Virus record (IMG/VR): IMGVR_UViG_3300013902_000001
Coordinates: 84,000-147,999 of that record
Strand: one strand, 5' to 3'
Length of the DNA stretch: 64,000 nucleotides
Source of the DNA: a virus
Lineage: Duplodnaviria > Heunggongvirae > Uroviricota > Caudoviricetes
The notes beneath the pieces were generated by a model. The model did not search any database. It was not told the DNA's origin and saw nothing but the letters and a program-made list of their open reading frames with translations. Of this stretch, positions 12,342-22,205 are shown piece by piece. The position numbers and the translations under genes are program-made. How positions within the stretch are numbered: position 1 is the first letter of the stretch; each line of letters opens with the position of its first letter.

Positions 12342-13184
12342 TTAGTATTCTATTTGTTTGCACTTATCTAATTCTCGTCTAAGTTTAAGATGCTTAACGT
12401 GATATTTTATCAACATTTCAGCTTCATCGGAAAGATATTCCACTGGAAATTCTTTCTTCTTCTTAAGATCCTTAACCTGAACTATTACAAGGCTTTTAAT
12501 AATAAAATCTGGATTAAGAGATTCAATCATTTTCGCGTATAAAGACAATTGCAACTAATATCGAATTCCGTCGCAGTCATCTAATTTATTAAGCGGAAAT
12601 TTCATTCTCTTAGTCTTTTTCTTTCCCACTTCAAACATAGACCGGAATTTAATCGAATCGTTCGTTTTCCAATCTATTATAGTGATTTCATTACCATCTT
12701 TTATTACTAAATCGGGAATCCCTACTAAAGTAAATTCCTCGTCTATAGGCAATTCTATTCTAAATTCTGGGAAAATTCCCTTTTCTGTATTTAGAAAGTT
12801 TTCTATTTTTTGCACCTAATAAAGATCGGTATCTACTCCTAGATTTTTAATTCCTTTTAAATCAGTGCAAAACATATTATGGATAGTTTCGTGAGTTGAA
12901 GTTCCTATCGATTTAGCTTCTTCGTTCTTTTGCTTCCATTCTGCCTATAATAGATTTCGCTCAGTTTCAAATAAAACAGGATCAGGGATAAATCTTTTAT
13001 CGATTCTTTTAGATCTTAGAAGAACCATTTTTATAGAATCAAAATCCGGATGGATTTTCTCCAAAGTTTTATAAGAAAGCCAAAACTCAGAATCGAAGTT
13101 ATGGTAATCATTTAGAATTTGAGTTACGCTCAATTTTTCCATACACATGTATTCATTTATCATGCAAAGATAGATAAAATTCAA
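12342..13184 (-). CDS. PD-(D/E)XK-family nuclease-like protein (Cas4/RecB-like fold), TAG-interrupted
   Basis: ORFs 12555..12815 and 12342..12554 are adjacent codons in the same frame, separated by TAG. Motif: GIPDLVIKDGNEITIIDWKTN (D...E.K). 12945..13184 probably forms the N-terminal part. Confidence 0.4.
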
Positions 13185-13287
13185 CTTTTAAAAAATAAAA
13201 AATCGTAAGATCCCAATTAGGAACCTTACGATTAGTTTATTTCTATTACAAATCCCACACCACTGCGGGATAATAGAATAAATCAAA

Positions 13288-13521
13288 TTACTTTTTAACA
13301 GCTTGTTTCTTAGGTTTCTCCAAAAGCTGCTTCAAATGCCATTCTACGAGCTTAATAATTTCAGGACTGTAATTATCCTTATTCTCCATCATTTGAATCA
13401 GCTTACCCCATTGCTCACCCAGTTTATCAGCACGAAGTGCTTGGTATTCAGCTTGTAATTGTTGTGCTTGCTGAAGAAGCTGATCATAAGCTTCTTTTAA
13501 CTTGTCATAATCATTTTCCAT
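13288..13521 (-). CDS. Small coiled-coil protein
   Basis: Q/E/K-rich heptad-like sequence, 77 aa. Confidence 0.3.
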   Translation of the reverse strand: MENDYDKLKEAYDQLLQQAQQLQAEYQALRADKLGEQWGKLIQMMENKDNYSPEIIKLVEWHLKQLLEKPKKQAVKK

Positions 13522-13900
13522 AAGTCTATTTTATTTTATTAAATTGCTCTATTGGATCGATTTCTGGAGATAATTTTTTTAACTCCTCAAAAAATCTTTC
13601 ATTATACTAACTCTTTTTTGCCCCTAGATGTGTAAATCCGATTTCCAGTGCATATTGATTACATTCTTCGTTTATTCTAGGAACTAAAGTCTAAATTGAA
13701 TAATCTTTTACTATCTGAGTAAGATGCCATTGTTCTAAAATAATATCAGGCCAAAGTTCACCGAAATTCATATTCTAGCAAATATCTACATTGCGCTTGT
13801 AAAGATTTATATATTTATCTTTTAATTCCTGATTATTAAATCGCATTACGCTGGTATTATACCACCCTTCGATATTTTCTTGAATTTGTGGTTGAATTTC

Positions 13901-14236
13901 CTAGATTTTTCTTACGGTTTCTATCAGTCTTATATTCTTATCAAATCGATTTAATAATTCTTCGTCTTCATAAAGCGCTGTTAAAACATCAGCCTGACAT
14001 TTTTCTACTTCTGCATAAACTCTTCCTTTTTTAAAAAACGCGTCCCCGTCGATTAAAATATCTCCTAGATTCATTTTTTCCAACGCTATAAATTTCATAC
14101 TGGCGGCAAAGTGATAATTATTAGTAATAGTGTTTTTAGATACGATAACTTCGTCATACGGGACGTGTGATAAAATTTCAGCTCCTAGTGGGTCAGTTAC
14201 CAAATAAATTTTATATCCGTTATTTTTTACTAACAT
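13901..14236 (-). CDS. Hypothetical protein
   Basis: ORF track, 111 aa, ends at TAG. Confidence 0.3.
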   Translation of the reverse strand: MLVKNNGYKIYLVTDPLGAEILSHVPYDEVIVSKNTITNNYHFAASMKFIALEKMNLGDILIDGDAFFKKGRVYAEVEKCQADVLTALYEDEELLNRFDKNIRLIETVRKI

Positions 14237-14337
14237 CGCCGAATACGCATAATCTAAAAGTAAAGTAGCTAGTGACGTATCGAACTAATCGAACTTATTG
14301 CATAATAATGGAGCACTCCAAAAGGAATGATAAAAAT

Positions 14338-14754
14338 TCATTTAACTTTATAATTGTTTATACAAACATGTTTACTACTTGAAGGGTCATAGCTAATATG
14401 CAACCAGATAGACCCACGACTATTAGATTCGAAAAGACATTCCGAAAATTTACCCAATCGTTTTGCGATATCAAATATTTCTTTTGTCTTAGCATTAGTG
14501 TCCCCTATAATATCGGCAGCACAGCCTCTAAGATGAAACGAGTTAGGCTAACCTCCTACTTCTTTATTGAGTTTAGAACACCGATAACCGCTTGTAACAG
14601 TTATCGGCTTACCAAACTCTTCTCTTATAGGATCTAGAACTTCATTAATTAAACGTTCTAGATTAACCTTTACTTCCTCTGAGGGAGTATTGTCGATTTT
14701 CTTTTTAGAGGCTACAGAAGACTTGCACAACTCATTAATCGTGAAGTACTTCAT
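14338..14754 (-). CDS. Peptidase M15-family (VanY / L-Ala-D-Glu peptidase-like) endolysin, with one in-frame TAG
   Basis: MKYFTINELCKSS...ITVTSGYRCSKLNKEVGG(TAG)PNSFHLRGCAADIIGD... matches the M15 signature (SGYR...SxHxxGxAxD). Ends at TGA 14338-14340. Confidence 0.6.
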
Positions 14755-15124
14755 CTTTCTTTTTCTTATTATACTTACGCTTAGGCTTTTTAACTGGTTC
14801 TGGAGCTGCTTCTACTTTTACTAGGTTAAGCAACGGAAGAACCTTATCAGCAACAGCCTTAAGTTTCTTAAGAACCTCATCAAACTTCCCTATAGGAAAA
14901 GCTTTTACCAAATCATCTTTCAAACTATCCAACTCTTTAATCTTACCATTAAGGGTGTTAAGAGTGGCCTTAAGTTTCAATTTAGTTTCATCGAGCTCAT
15001 TCATAAGATCGATATTCTTTTTACGAAGCTTATCCACGTATTCTGCATAAATAGCTTCGTATATAGCTTCTTTAAGCCATTTGCAGTTGAGCAACTGCTT
15101 TACAATCCATTTTTTCAATTTCAT
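14735..15124 (-). CDS. Coiled-coil protein
   Basis: K/L/E-rich, 129 aa. Confidence 0.3.
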   Translation of the reverse strand: MKLKKWIVKQLLNCKWLKEAIYEAIYAEYVDKLRKKNIDLMNELDETKLKLKATLNTLNGKIKELDSLKDDLVKAFPIGKFDEVLKKLKAVADKVLPLLNLVKVEAAPEPVKKPKRKYNKKKKDEVLHD

Positions 15125-15279
15125 ATATTAATTATAATTAATTTCGGACTGAGTAGGAGTTTATGCGATCTAAAAAATTAAGCACTTCTTGCTCATCTTG
15201 TAATCCTTCAGATACTATATAACTCCATATATCTTCCAATTCATTTATGGAAGAGTCTAGTTTCTTTTGTAAGGTTTCG

Positions 15280-15618
15280 TCAATCATAAATCCCGTAACG
15301 CCTTTTTAAATCATTAAGATCTTTCTCATTATAAGCTGATAAAACTGTATTTACATTCAGCCTATATTTATAAGGAGCTTCTCGAACATAAGGTTGGTCG
15401 CTCACTATCTTCTCTTTAGTTTCAATCCCCTTAATCTTATTTTCTAATTTTTTTAACTCCTTTTCTACTAATCGAAAATCTTCTGGGATGGGATTTAGAT
15501 ATTCCACCTTATAATTAGTAGGAGTATTCTTAGCAACCCATTTCTTTACTTTTGTAGTACGGGTAATTTTATCACCCTGGATTATTACTCCAGGTAAATC
15601 TTTTAATTCATTAGTCAT
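15280..15618 (-). CDS. Hypothetical protein
   Basis: ORF track, 112 aa. Confidence 0.3.
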   Translation of the reverse strand: MTNELKDLPGVIIQGDKITRTTKVKKWVAKNTPTNYKVEYLNPIPEDFRLVEKELKKLENKIKGIETKEKIVSDQPYVREAPYKYRLNVNTVLSAYNEKDLNDLKRRYGIYD

Positions 15619-15634
15619 AAGTCATTGATTATTA

Positions 15635-15934
15635 GTTGCTTCGCCTGGATTCGAACCAGGACTCCAAGTTTTCTTCACCACTCTATATTACTATAGCCAT
15701 TTCTGTTGTGGTCCGGACTTTGTCTTCACCTTACTTTTACAAGCTTAGGTGTCTCGTATAAAGTCTCTACACTCGGCTTAATAGCCTAGCTCGGCGTTGT
15801 CCCTAAGGAGTTTCACCGACTTAGCGAGATTTACATCTGAAAGTTTCCTACCAGAGCTCCTGTCTGTAACTTACTGAAAATCAAGTAGTTACAAGGAAGA
15901 GACTTGTTTGCTAACCCTTACAATTCACGAAGCA
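15635..15934 (-). tRNA. Candidate amber-suppressor tRNA (anticodon CUA) interrupted by a group I-like intron of about 225 nt. By plus-strand coordinates the exons are 15898-15934 and 15635-15672
   Basis: Minus-strand 3' end: T-arm CCTGG-TTCGAAT-CCAGG, then acceptor CGAAGCA plus A. The exactly complementary 5' acceptor strand TGCTTCG lies 300 nt upstream (plus-strand cgaagca at 15928-15934). Anticodon stem CAAGT/ACTTG. 5' loop part CUCU, 3' loop part AAA. Only the split CUCU|...G|AAA satisfies the group I rule (exon ends in U, intron ends in G), giving loop CU-CUA-AA. A GGAG candidate internal guide sits about 40 nt into the intron. U1:A72 is a Gln-like feature. Confidence 0.5.
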
Positions 15935-16026
15935 GTAAAAATCCTCCCGTGTTTCACAACATGAGGAGGAAAATCATTTATATGAAAAAATAATAATTCA
16001 TCAACCCACAGTAGGTTCGTTGCATA

Positions 16027-16284
16027 TTATGTATTCGTCAAAATCTTCTTCAAATCTTCTTCTGTAAATTTTCCTTTATGAGTTGCTATTCTTCTTCCTG
16101 ATTCCGATAATACTAAGAAAGCAGGAGGATTACCATAAACATTATAATCAGACATAACATCTGGATCTTCATCACAATCGAATATCTCGTAATCGAGACT
16201 ATTCTCAGAACAAAATCTTTGAATCAGATCCTTCATAGATTTACTATATCTGGAGCAACACGTGTGGAAATAAATTATTTTCAT
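16027..16284 (-). CDS. Small thioredoxin/glutaredoxin-like protein, tentative
   Basis: 85 aa, N-terminal HTCCSRY. Weak. Confidence 0.25.
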   Translation of the reverse strand: MKIIYFHTCCSRYSKSMKDLIQRFCSENSLDYEIFDCDEDPDVMSDYNVYGNPPAFLVLSESGRRIATHKGKFTEEDLKKILTNT

Positions 16285-16943
16285 TTGAACTTTACAGTCA
16301 ATTTATTATCCTTAATTTCAATCCTAACGTTTTCATCAGAATGCCAGATAGCACTAGTAACTTCAGTAAGAATCGGAGTTGGAAGTTCTATAGTTTCCTT
16401 TTCGCGAAGTTCTTCTATACAAGCTTCTATAACAGAATCTTTAATAGCATCAAGCAAATCCCCACTCATTTCGTCAGAATCCTCATAATCATCAGCTTCA
16501 TCAATTATATCCATTATAGGCGTATAATCAGTAACCATTTTCAGATAATATTCCAACCAGATATGTTCATTCTCAGGAATTTCATTAAGCAGTGTGGCCA
16601 GTAATTGAGCTTTGAACTTAGGATCCTCATCCTCTTCTGGAGTTTCGTCAGATTTAATTTCTCGTTCAACGTCGTTAAGAATACACTTCAGCGTAATTGC
16701 TACCAAAGGAAGGAGATCTCGATGTTTCTTACTAGCGAGCTCAGCGTCATAAACATCCTCAGTTTGTGTGCAGTAAGCACTAATCAATTTAGTAATTTTA
16801 CGAAGCGTAAAATATTCAGATTCATTCATTCCGAGATACTCAGAAATAAACTTTCTCCAACCCAGTTTCTTAAGCAAATTCTTTTCGGTTTCGGTAAGAT
16901 CTCTCAAAAGATCTTTTTCCAAAAGCATTAATTCATCATTCAT
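16281..16943 (-). CDS. Acidic hypothetical protein
   Basis: 220 aa, D/E-rich. Confidence 0.35.
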   Translation of the reverse strand: MNDELMLLEKDLLRDLTETEKNLLKKLGWRKFISEYLGMNESEYFTLRKITKLISAYCTQTEDVYDAELASKKHRDLLPLVAITLKCILNDVEREIKSDETPEEDEDPKFKAQLLATLLNEIPENEHIWLEYYLKMVTDYTPIMDIIDEADDYEDSDEMSGDLLDAIKDSVIEACIEELREKETIELPTPILTEVTSAIWHSDENVRIEIKDNKLTVKFK

Positions 16944-17281
16944 TGTAAAAATAATTTAAAAGTTTTTCAAATTCGTTAATTTCCTCATCAGTTTGAGTGT
17001 TTTCAGCTATATGTCTCTTAAGAGCTTTCCACTTTCTCATAACCTTCTTTTGAATCCCTTGTTGTATGAACTAATAACTCAGTTCGTCAGGAATTTCAAT
17101 ATCATCTATTTCATTTAAATAATCATTATCCATATTTCTCTTAATTTGACAATGCAAAGTTACTGCTTTTTCAGCAGTTAAAAAATCGAGATATATGGAA
17201 TTTATAAAATCAAATAAAATCCCACCTCATTTCGATAGAAATAATAAAAGCGAGCCTTCTAATAAGAAAACTCGCTTTAAC

Positions 17282-18390
17282 TTAAACTTGCCAAAATTTA
17301 TAAGCATTTTTATCTCTACCAACGTGATAGTGAGCACCAGTTCCTCCAGTTCTAGCTAACATCTCTTTAGAAGTTTCATCCAAAACTCCTAATTTATGTG
17401 ATTTCATAAAATTAGCTATTTCGGGAGTGTTTCTAATTATATCAGCTATCTCTTGGAAAGTATGTCCTTCAGTAGGAACAATATCCATAGCTTCTCCACT
17501 AGCGTGAAAGGAAGGAGATCCATTAGAAGTAACAGCACCTTCCCTATATCCGCTTGTAATAGTTATAGGAAGATTGTATTTAGTAAAAAGATTTTGAAGA
17601 TCAACCAAATCTTGGTGCATCTTTCCTGATGATTTACTAATAGGAGTTCCGAGTAATGTATATCCAGAAAAATCCTAATCTTTAGGAGTTACCGTGGAAG
17701 TAATAGTTAGTTTCTCAGGTTCACTATAATTAGAAACAAAATCCCATAACCTCGTTATCGGGGTAGAATCGTCAGACTTTACTTTAGTAGCTTGCATAAA
17801 AACTCGTCCACCAGTCTAATGTTTAAAATGCCTTGCGTTCTCAGCAAAAGTGGCTCTTTTTCTCGTAGTAGGATTAGAAGAATGTTTTCCTTTCTAAATA
17901 CACTCCTCAGTCACCTTACCTCCACAAAATTCGGTAAATTTCCCCCTATTCTTCTTTTTAATGTGGATACCACTTCCGTTTTTGAAAAAATCTATATATC
18001 CCCCATTTTTAAAAGACTATCCTGCAGCGTCAAAAGCACTAGAACCTAGAGTAGTCGCACCCGCTGCTTTATACCATCGTCTCGCCTAATCGGCACTCTT
18101 TGCAGCTTCCTGCGCTTTTGCTGCTGACATGTTAAATAAAGTTGTTGGAATTTCCGCAGAAGCTTTATTAGCAGCAGCTGCTTGCTGTGCAAATTCAGAA
18201 GCTTTAGAAGCTTCTTGCTTAGCTTTTGCTTCGCCTTCAGCACGACGATTTTGTTCACGAGCATTTATCTCAGGATCATTACCAGCAATAGCTTTATGAT
18301 AATTATTAGCATCAGAACCAGTATCCTAAAATACAACACCACTACCTTGAGCTAGTTTTCTCTCTACCTCCTCTAGCTATTCAACAGTCA
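17282..18390 (-). CDS. Structural (probably tail-associated) protein with a C-terminal peptidase M15 domain, TAG-interrupted
   Basis: The C-terminal domain reads ITITSGYREGAVTSNGSPSFHASGEAMDI (M15 signature). Upstream in-frame segments are joined through TAGs back to an ATG near 18388-18390. Confidence 0.45.
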
Positions 18391-18883
18391 TTCCCTTCTT
18401 TTTAGCCTCTTCTGCTCTAGGATGGACAATCGGTTCAAAAACCACTGGAGCATAAGAATGAATAGTACTACTAGGTAAGGACTACATTAAAGTAAGATAA
18501 TTTATATCACCTTCTGCATTTACCACCATGATTAATTTTATACCATTTAATAATTATACAAATACACAGGAATAATCCTGCAATTAACGCTATCCACCTA
18601 AGTGGAGTTAGTAAAATACCTAAACCGATAGCTTTCTATAAATCCATCAGTAAGGTTACTATAATAGTATACCAAATACACGATTTGTGTAATGGACACA
18701 TATCAAATAAAATAGAACTAGTAATCAGTAAAGATCCTCCTAAGAAAGAAGAATCTACTAAATACTAAGTAAAAGGAATATTTATTCCGTGTAATAAGAA
18801 AGCTACATGAGTAGTAAGTAATATAACAAAGACCGGGGGAAGATATTGAAATAACTTAATAAAAGCTTGTTTGTGAGTGTCTT

Positions 18884-19700
18884 TCATTTCTTGAAGAAAT
18901 CTAAATAGTTGAGAGTTCCGTCTTCTTTTAAGAAATTATTAAGATAGTTTAATAGACTTTCTCTGTCGTAATATTCTATTAGATCATTTATATTTGGATC
19001 AGTTCGATATAAACTAGGATTCGTTTCGAATTCTTCTAAAAGTTGTTTATAAGGTTTATTAGTAGTTTGATGTAATCTACGAAGAGACATCGCTCTAGCG
19101 CGAAGTTCTGAAGGATCTGAATAATACTAGTTAACCCCATCTTTTGTTTTTACTGGAAATTTTTGATTAAATTGCGTAATGAAAGTATTAACATTGTCTG
19201 AAGCTTGACCTCCAGCACGAACTTGTTTGTGAAACATTAACTTTCGAAGCTCCTCCTGATTTATAACATTTTGGTCAATCAATGCTTTGACAACATCGTC
19301 GTTTAGTCGTATTTCAGGTTTGGTTTGCGAAATTTTTCTCCATGTTTCTTTAGGAATTCCCCAATACTGCTTTACATACTATTCAGGGGTAATATTGATA
19401 TTATTAGCTTTTAAATAATGTTTGACCCAGTTTTCCCATTCCGAGAAAGTGCACCAATAGTTAGTTCCTGGAATTTGGTAACTATTGATTGTGCTCATCA
19501 TTGAACTTATAGGATTATTTGGAGGGAGTTCCGCAATTATACTTTTATTTGCTTCCTGTAATTGAGATTTTGATAATATTTGCGCAGTAGATTCAGGAAA
19601 CTATTTTCTAAGAGCTTCTTGATATTCTGCATCTTTAATTGTTCTTTCAAACCTTTTAGTTCCCTACTGTAAAAATTCATCACCTGTAAACAGTTTCTTC
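18884..19700 (-). CDS. Hypothetical late protein, TAG-interrupted; ends at TGA 18884-18886
   Basis: The C-terminal ORF 18884..19090 and upstream same-direction segments are joined through TAGs. Boundaries are approximate. Confidence 0.3.
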
Positions 19701-20229
19701 GGTTTTGGTCCCGACATTGTGAGCCCGGACTAAGTCATTACTGATCCAGATGCTATAGGTTTTCCTGAAGTACTTGTCCACACTTTAATAAGAGGCTTAG
19801 AAGTTCCAGCGAAAGGTGCTAATCCTACAGCCGCCATTAAAGCGTGTCCGAGAACTTGTAATCCAGTTCCAATGGATCTTCTATAATCTTTTTCTTTTAT
19901 GTATCCTTGTAATCTATTAATTTTTCTGCTCCAGCTGTCAGTTCTTCTTGTGTTAAGACACCTGGTAATGAATATTTAACAAAATCCTTAGCAAAGTTTC
20001 CAACTGGCTCTGGAATTGACTCTACGATAGTTTTTGTTCCAGGGTTTTGTTCTATTATTGGAATTTCTTCTGGCATAAATCTAAATAATTTGGTTTTACA
20101 AACTAAGTCAAATCCCACTTAGGAACCAGTTTTTGTCTAACAGTCTAACCCCAGGCAGTCCCCGGATTGTTAAACTATGTATTAAAGTTAGAATACTAAG
20201 ACTATTTAGAATAAACAGTATTATTATGT

Positions 20230-20693
20230 TTAGGATCGTATACTCCTAATAACATAGCAGCTCTACGTTGTTTACGGTCTTTTACTCCACCTTCTGCTGA
20301 GTCTATATCTAATTCCTTTATAATAGACTCTGCTTCTTTGAGAGTAAGTCTATTATCAGCATAAGCGTCTTGAAGAGCTTTAGTAAACTTGGGGCTTTTA
20401 GCAAAAGCACCTTGACCTCCTCGATAGAGTTGGTCTATAAGAGCATATTTAGTCTACTCAGGAAGAGAATCGTAATTTGGGAAGTACTGTCGAATATATT
20501 TTTCCTTTTTATTAATATAAGCCGGAATGAGTTTTACAGCTTCTTGCTCAGTAATGGTAGAATCTGCTTTTACTGGAGTTCCGTCTGGCATTGTGTCGGA
20601 ACCATATCCTATTGAATAATGGTCAACATCCCAGTAGGCTTTTGGCTTGAAGCCTTCATACTATTTTAATAAATCTATAAACCAATCTTGCAT
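20230..20693 (-). CDS. GH24 (T4 e-like) lysozyme, with in-frame TAGs
   Basis: The reverse complement reads MQDWFIDLLK(TAG)YEGFKPKAYWDVDHYSIGYGSDTMPDGT..., which resembles the GH24 lysozyme N-terminus (EG.r..aY.D..G..TiGyG). No ORF appears in the track because of TAGs. Confidence 0.5.
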
Positions 20694-20958
20694 ATACACT
20701 ATTTTTTGCAAAAATACTAAAAACTTTTAATAGAAAAAAGGAGAAAAGGTAAATGCTAAGATATGCGAATAAACTTAAGATAGAGATTATAAAAAAATTT
20801 ATACCAGGGAGGTCATTTAGAATACCCCCGGTATCTTAATATGAGAGTGGTGGGGGAGGGGAAGGTATCACCTTTCCGACCCCCGGAGTCCGCTTGGGCG
20901 GAAATCAAATTTGAAATCCGCTTCGCGAATTTAAATTTGAAAATTAAAATTTCTCACT

Positions 20959-21510
20959 ATGTTCGAAATTAAAAATCTTTCTGCAGCTGCACAAGCAGCA
21001 GCGAAAGCTACTGCAGCACAGCTGAGTAGCGACAAAAGTCTCGAGGCTACCCTCGAGAAACTCATCACCGCAGCGAAGGGTCTGCCGACCCTGCTCGACG
21101 GTGACGAACTGCAACTTGTAGACCAAGTTGCAAAAGTCTTAACTTTCACCGATAATAACGGTGAAAGTCGCGACTATTTTGCCTTTGGTGCGGATATTAT
21201 CCGCAAAGGCAAGAGGTTCCGCTCCGTCAATCTCGGAGTCTCTTCCTTTGTCAGAGGCTCCTTGCTTGTCGCAACGGAGATGCCGGAAGCCGGCAAAGTG
21301 AGCGGCTCAGAACTGAGACCGCGTTTCACTGGTGCCGATGTCGACTTCGTCGACTTCGACGGCGTGAAACTGCCTGCTATCACAGGCATCACCTTGAAAA
21401 TCAAAGGAACAAAAGTATTTGTTCCTGATTTTCAGGAGAATGCCTTTAGAAAAGGCAGCCAAGCCGTATGGGCTTGGACGGAAAAAGAAAATTATGGTAT
21501 CACTCTGTGA
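20959..21510 (+). CDS. Hypothetical protein encoded in a compositional island of about 50% GC. It has its own terminator and uses the standard code
   Basis: 183-aa ORF with GC-rich codons (CTC, GAG, GCT, ACC, GAC, GGT), in contrast to its roughly 30%-GC surroundings. No family recognised. Confidence 0.5.
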   Translation: MFEIKNLSAAAQAAAKATAAQLSSDKSLEATLEKLITAAKGLPTLLDGDELQLVDQVAKVLTFTDNNGESRDYFAFGADIIRKGKRFRSVNLGVSSFVRGSLLVATEMPEAGKVSGSELRPRFTGADVDFVDFDGVKLPAITGITLKIKGTKVFVPDFQENAFRKGSQAVWAWTEKENYGITL

Positions 21511-21527
21511 TACCATAATTTTTTTTG
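21491..21527 (+). terminator. Rho-independent terminator
   Basis: ATTATGGTATCAC-TCTG-TGATACCATAAT followed by TTTTTTTT; it overlaps the gene's TGA. Confidence 0.6.
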
Positions 21528-22127
21528 TACTAGTATAAAAGCATACTAATGCAAAAGTATAATGGTGCAAAAGCTGCAGTATGTTTGCGGTAACTTGTTC
21601 CTCGACTCAACGAATAATTATGTATTTTACAAATTATTTAGCTGGGTTGGGGAATTAATTCCCAATCAGTTCTATTATTGTAATATTACAAATGGTAGAA
21701 TTGATGAAATTGTGCCTATTAGTAGTTGCTCAGACTAATTGACCAAAGGAAAGACTTTGACTGTAGGAAAGATTACTCACCTAAGAGAGATTGGTTTCTC
21801 TCTTAGGTTCTAACTCCTTGCAACGAGTCTTGTGGAGTATAAATCAGGAAAGGCACGTATCTATTATTAATTTCTTTTAATAGTTTTCTTTGTAGATAGA
21901 CCAAACTGAGTCATTCTCAGCATGAATATTTAAAGTAAAACTATTACTTATATAGAATAAGTTAAAACACGATAGGGTCATTGTAAGTTCGACTCTTACA
22001 ACCTCTTAGAGATATATAATAGTTCTAGACACCATTATATATTGCTCAGATGAGTAAAGTGGATGACGGTTCGTCACTTATTCTATTCTTTACTTATAAG
22101 GGATTGGTTTCCCTTATAGGTTCTAAT

Positions 22128-22197
22128 TTTAAAATAACAAAAATCCCACACCATAACTAAGCAGACTGGATCTTGACTTAGGACTGGTGTGGGATTT
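22128..22197 (-). terminator. Rho-independent terminator for the minus-strand gene 22206..22679
   Basis: Inverted repeat AAATCCCACACCA (22141-22153) and TGGTGTGGGATTT (22185-22197). On the minus strand it is followed by TTTTTGTTATTTT. Confidence 0.55.
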
Positions 22198-22205
22198 AAT
22201 TCAGA

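Noticed and set aside
15635-15934. tmRNA interpretation of the 300-nt RNA with tRNA-like ends
   Set aside because: There is no G3:U70 alanine identity and no plausible tag ORF ending in ALAA. The two ends plus internal stems rebuild a complete cloverleaf with a sensible anticodon loop only under a group I splice.
1-20700. TGA-to-Trp recoding (code 4) as the explanation for fragmented late ORFs
   Set aside because: Fragment boundaries checked by hand are TAG on the coding strand. TGA occurs at sensible gene ends, including an ATGA start/stop overlap.
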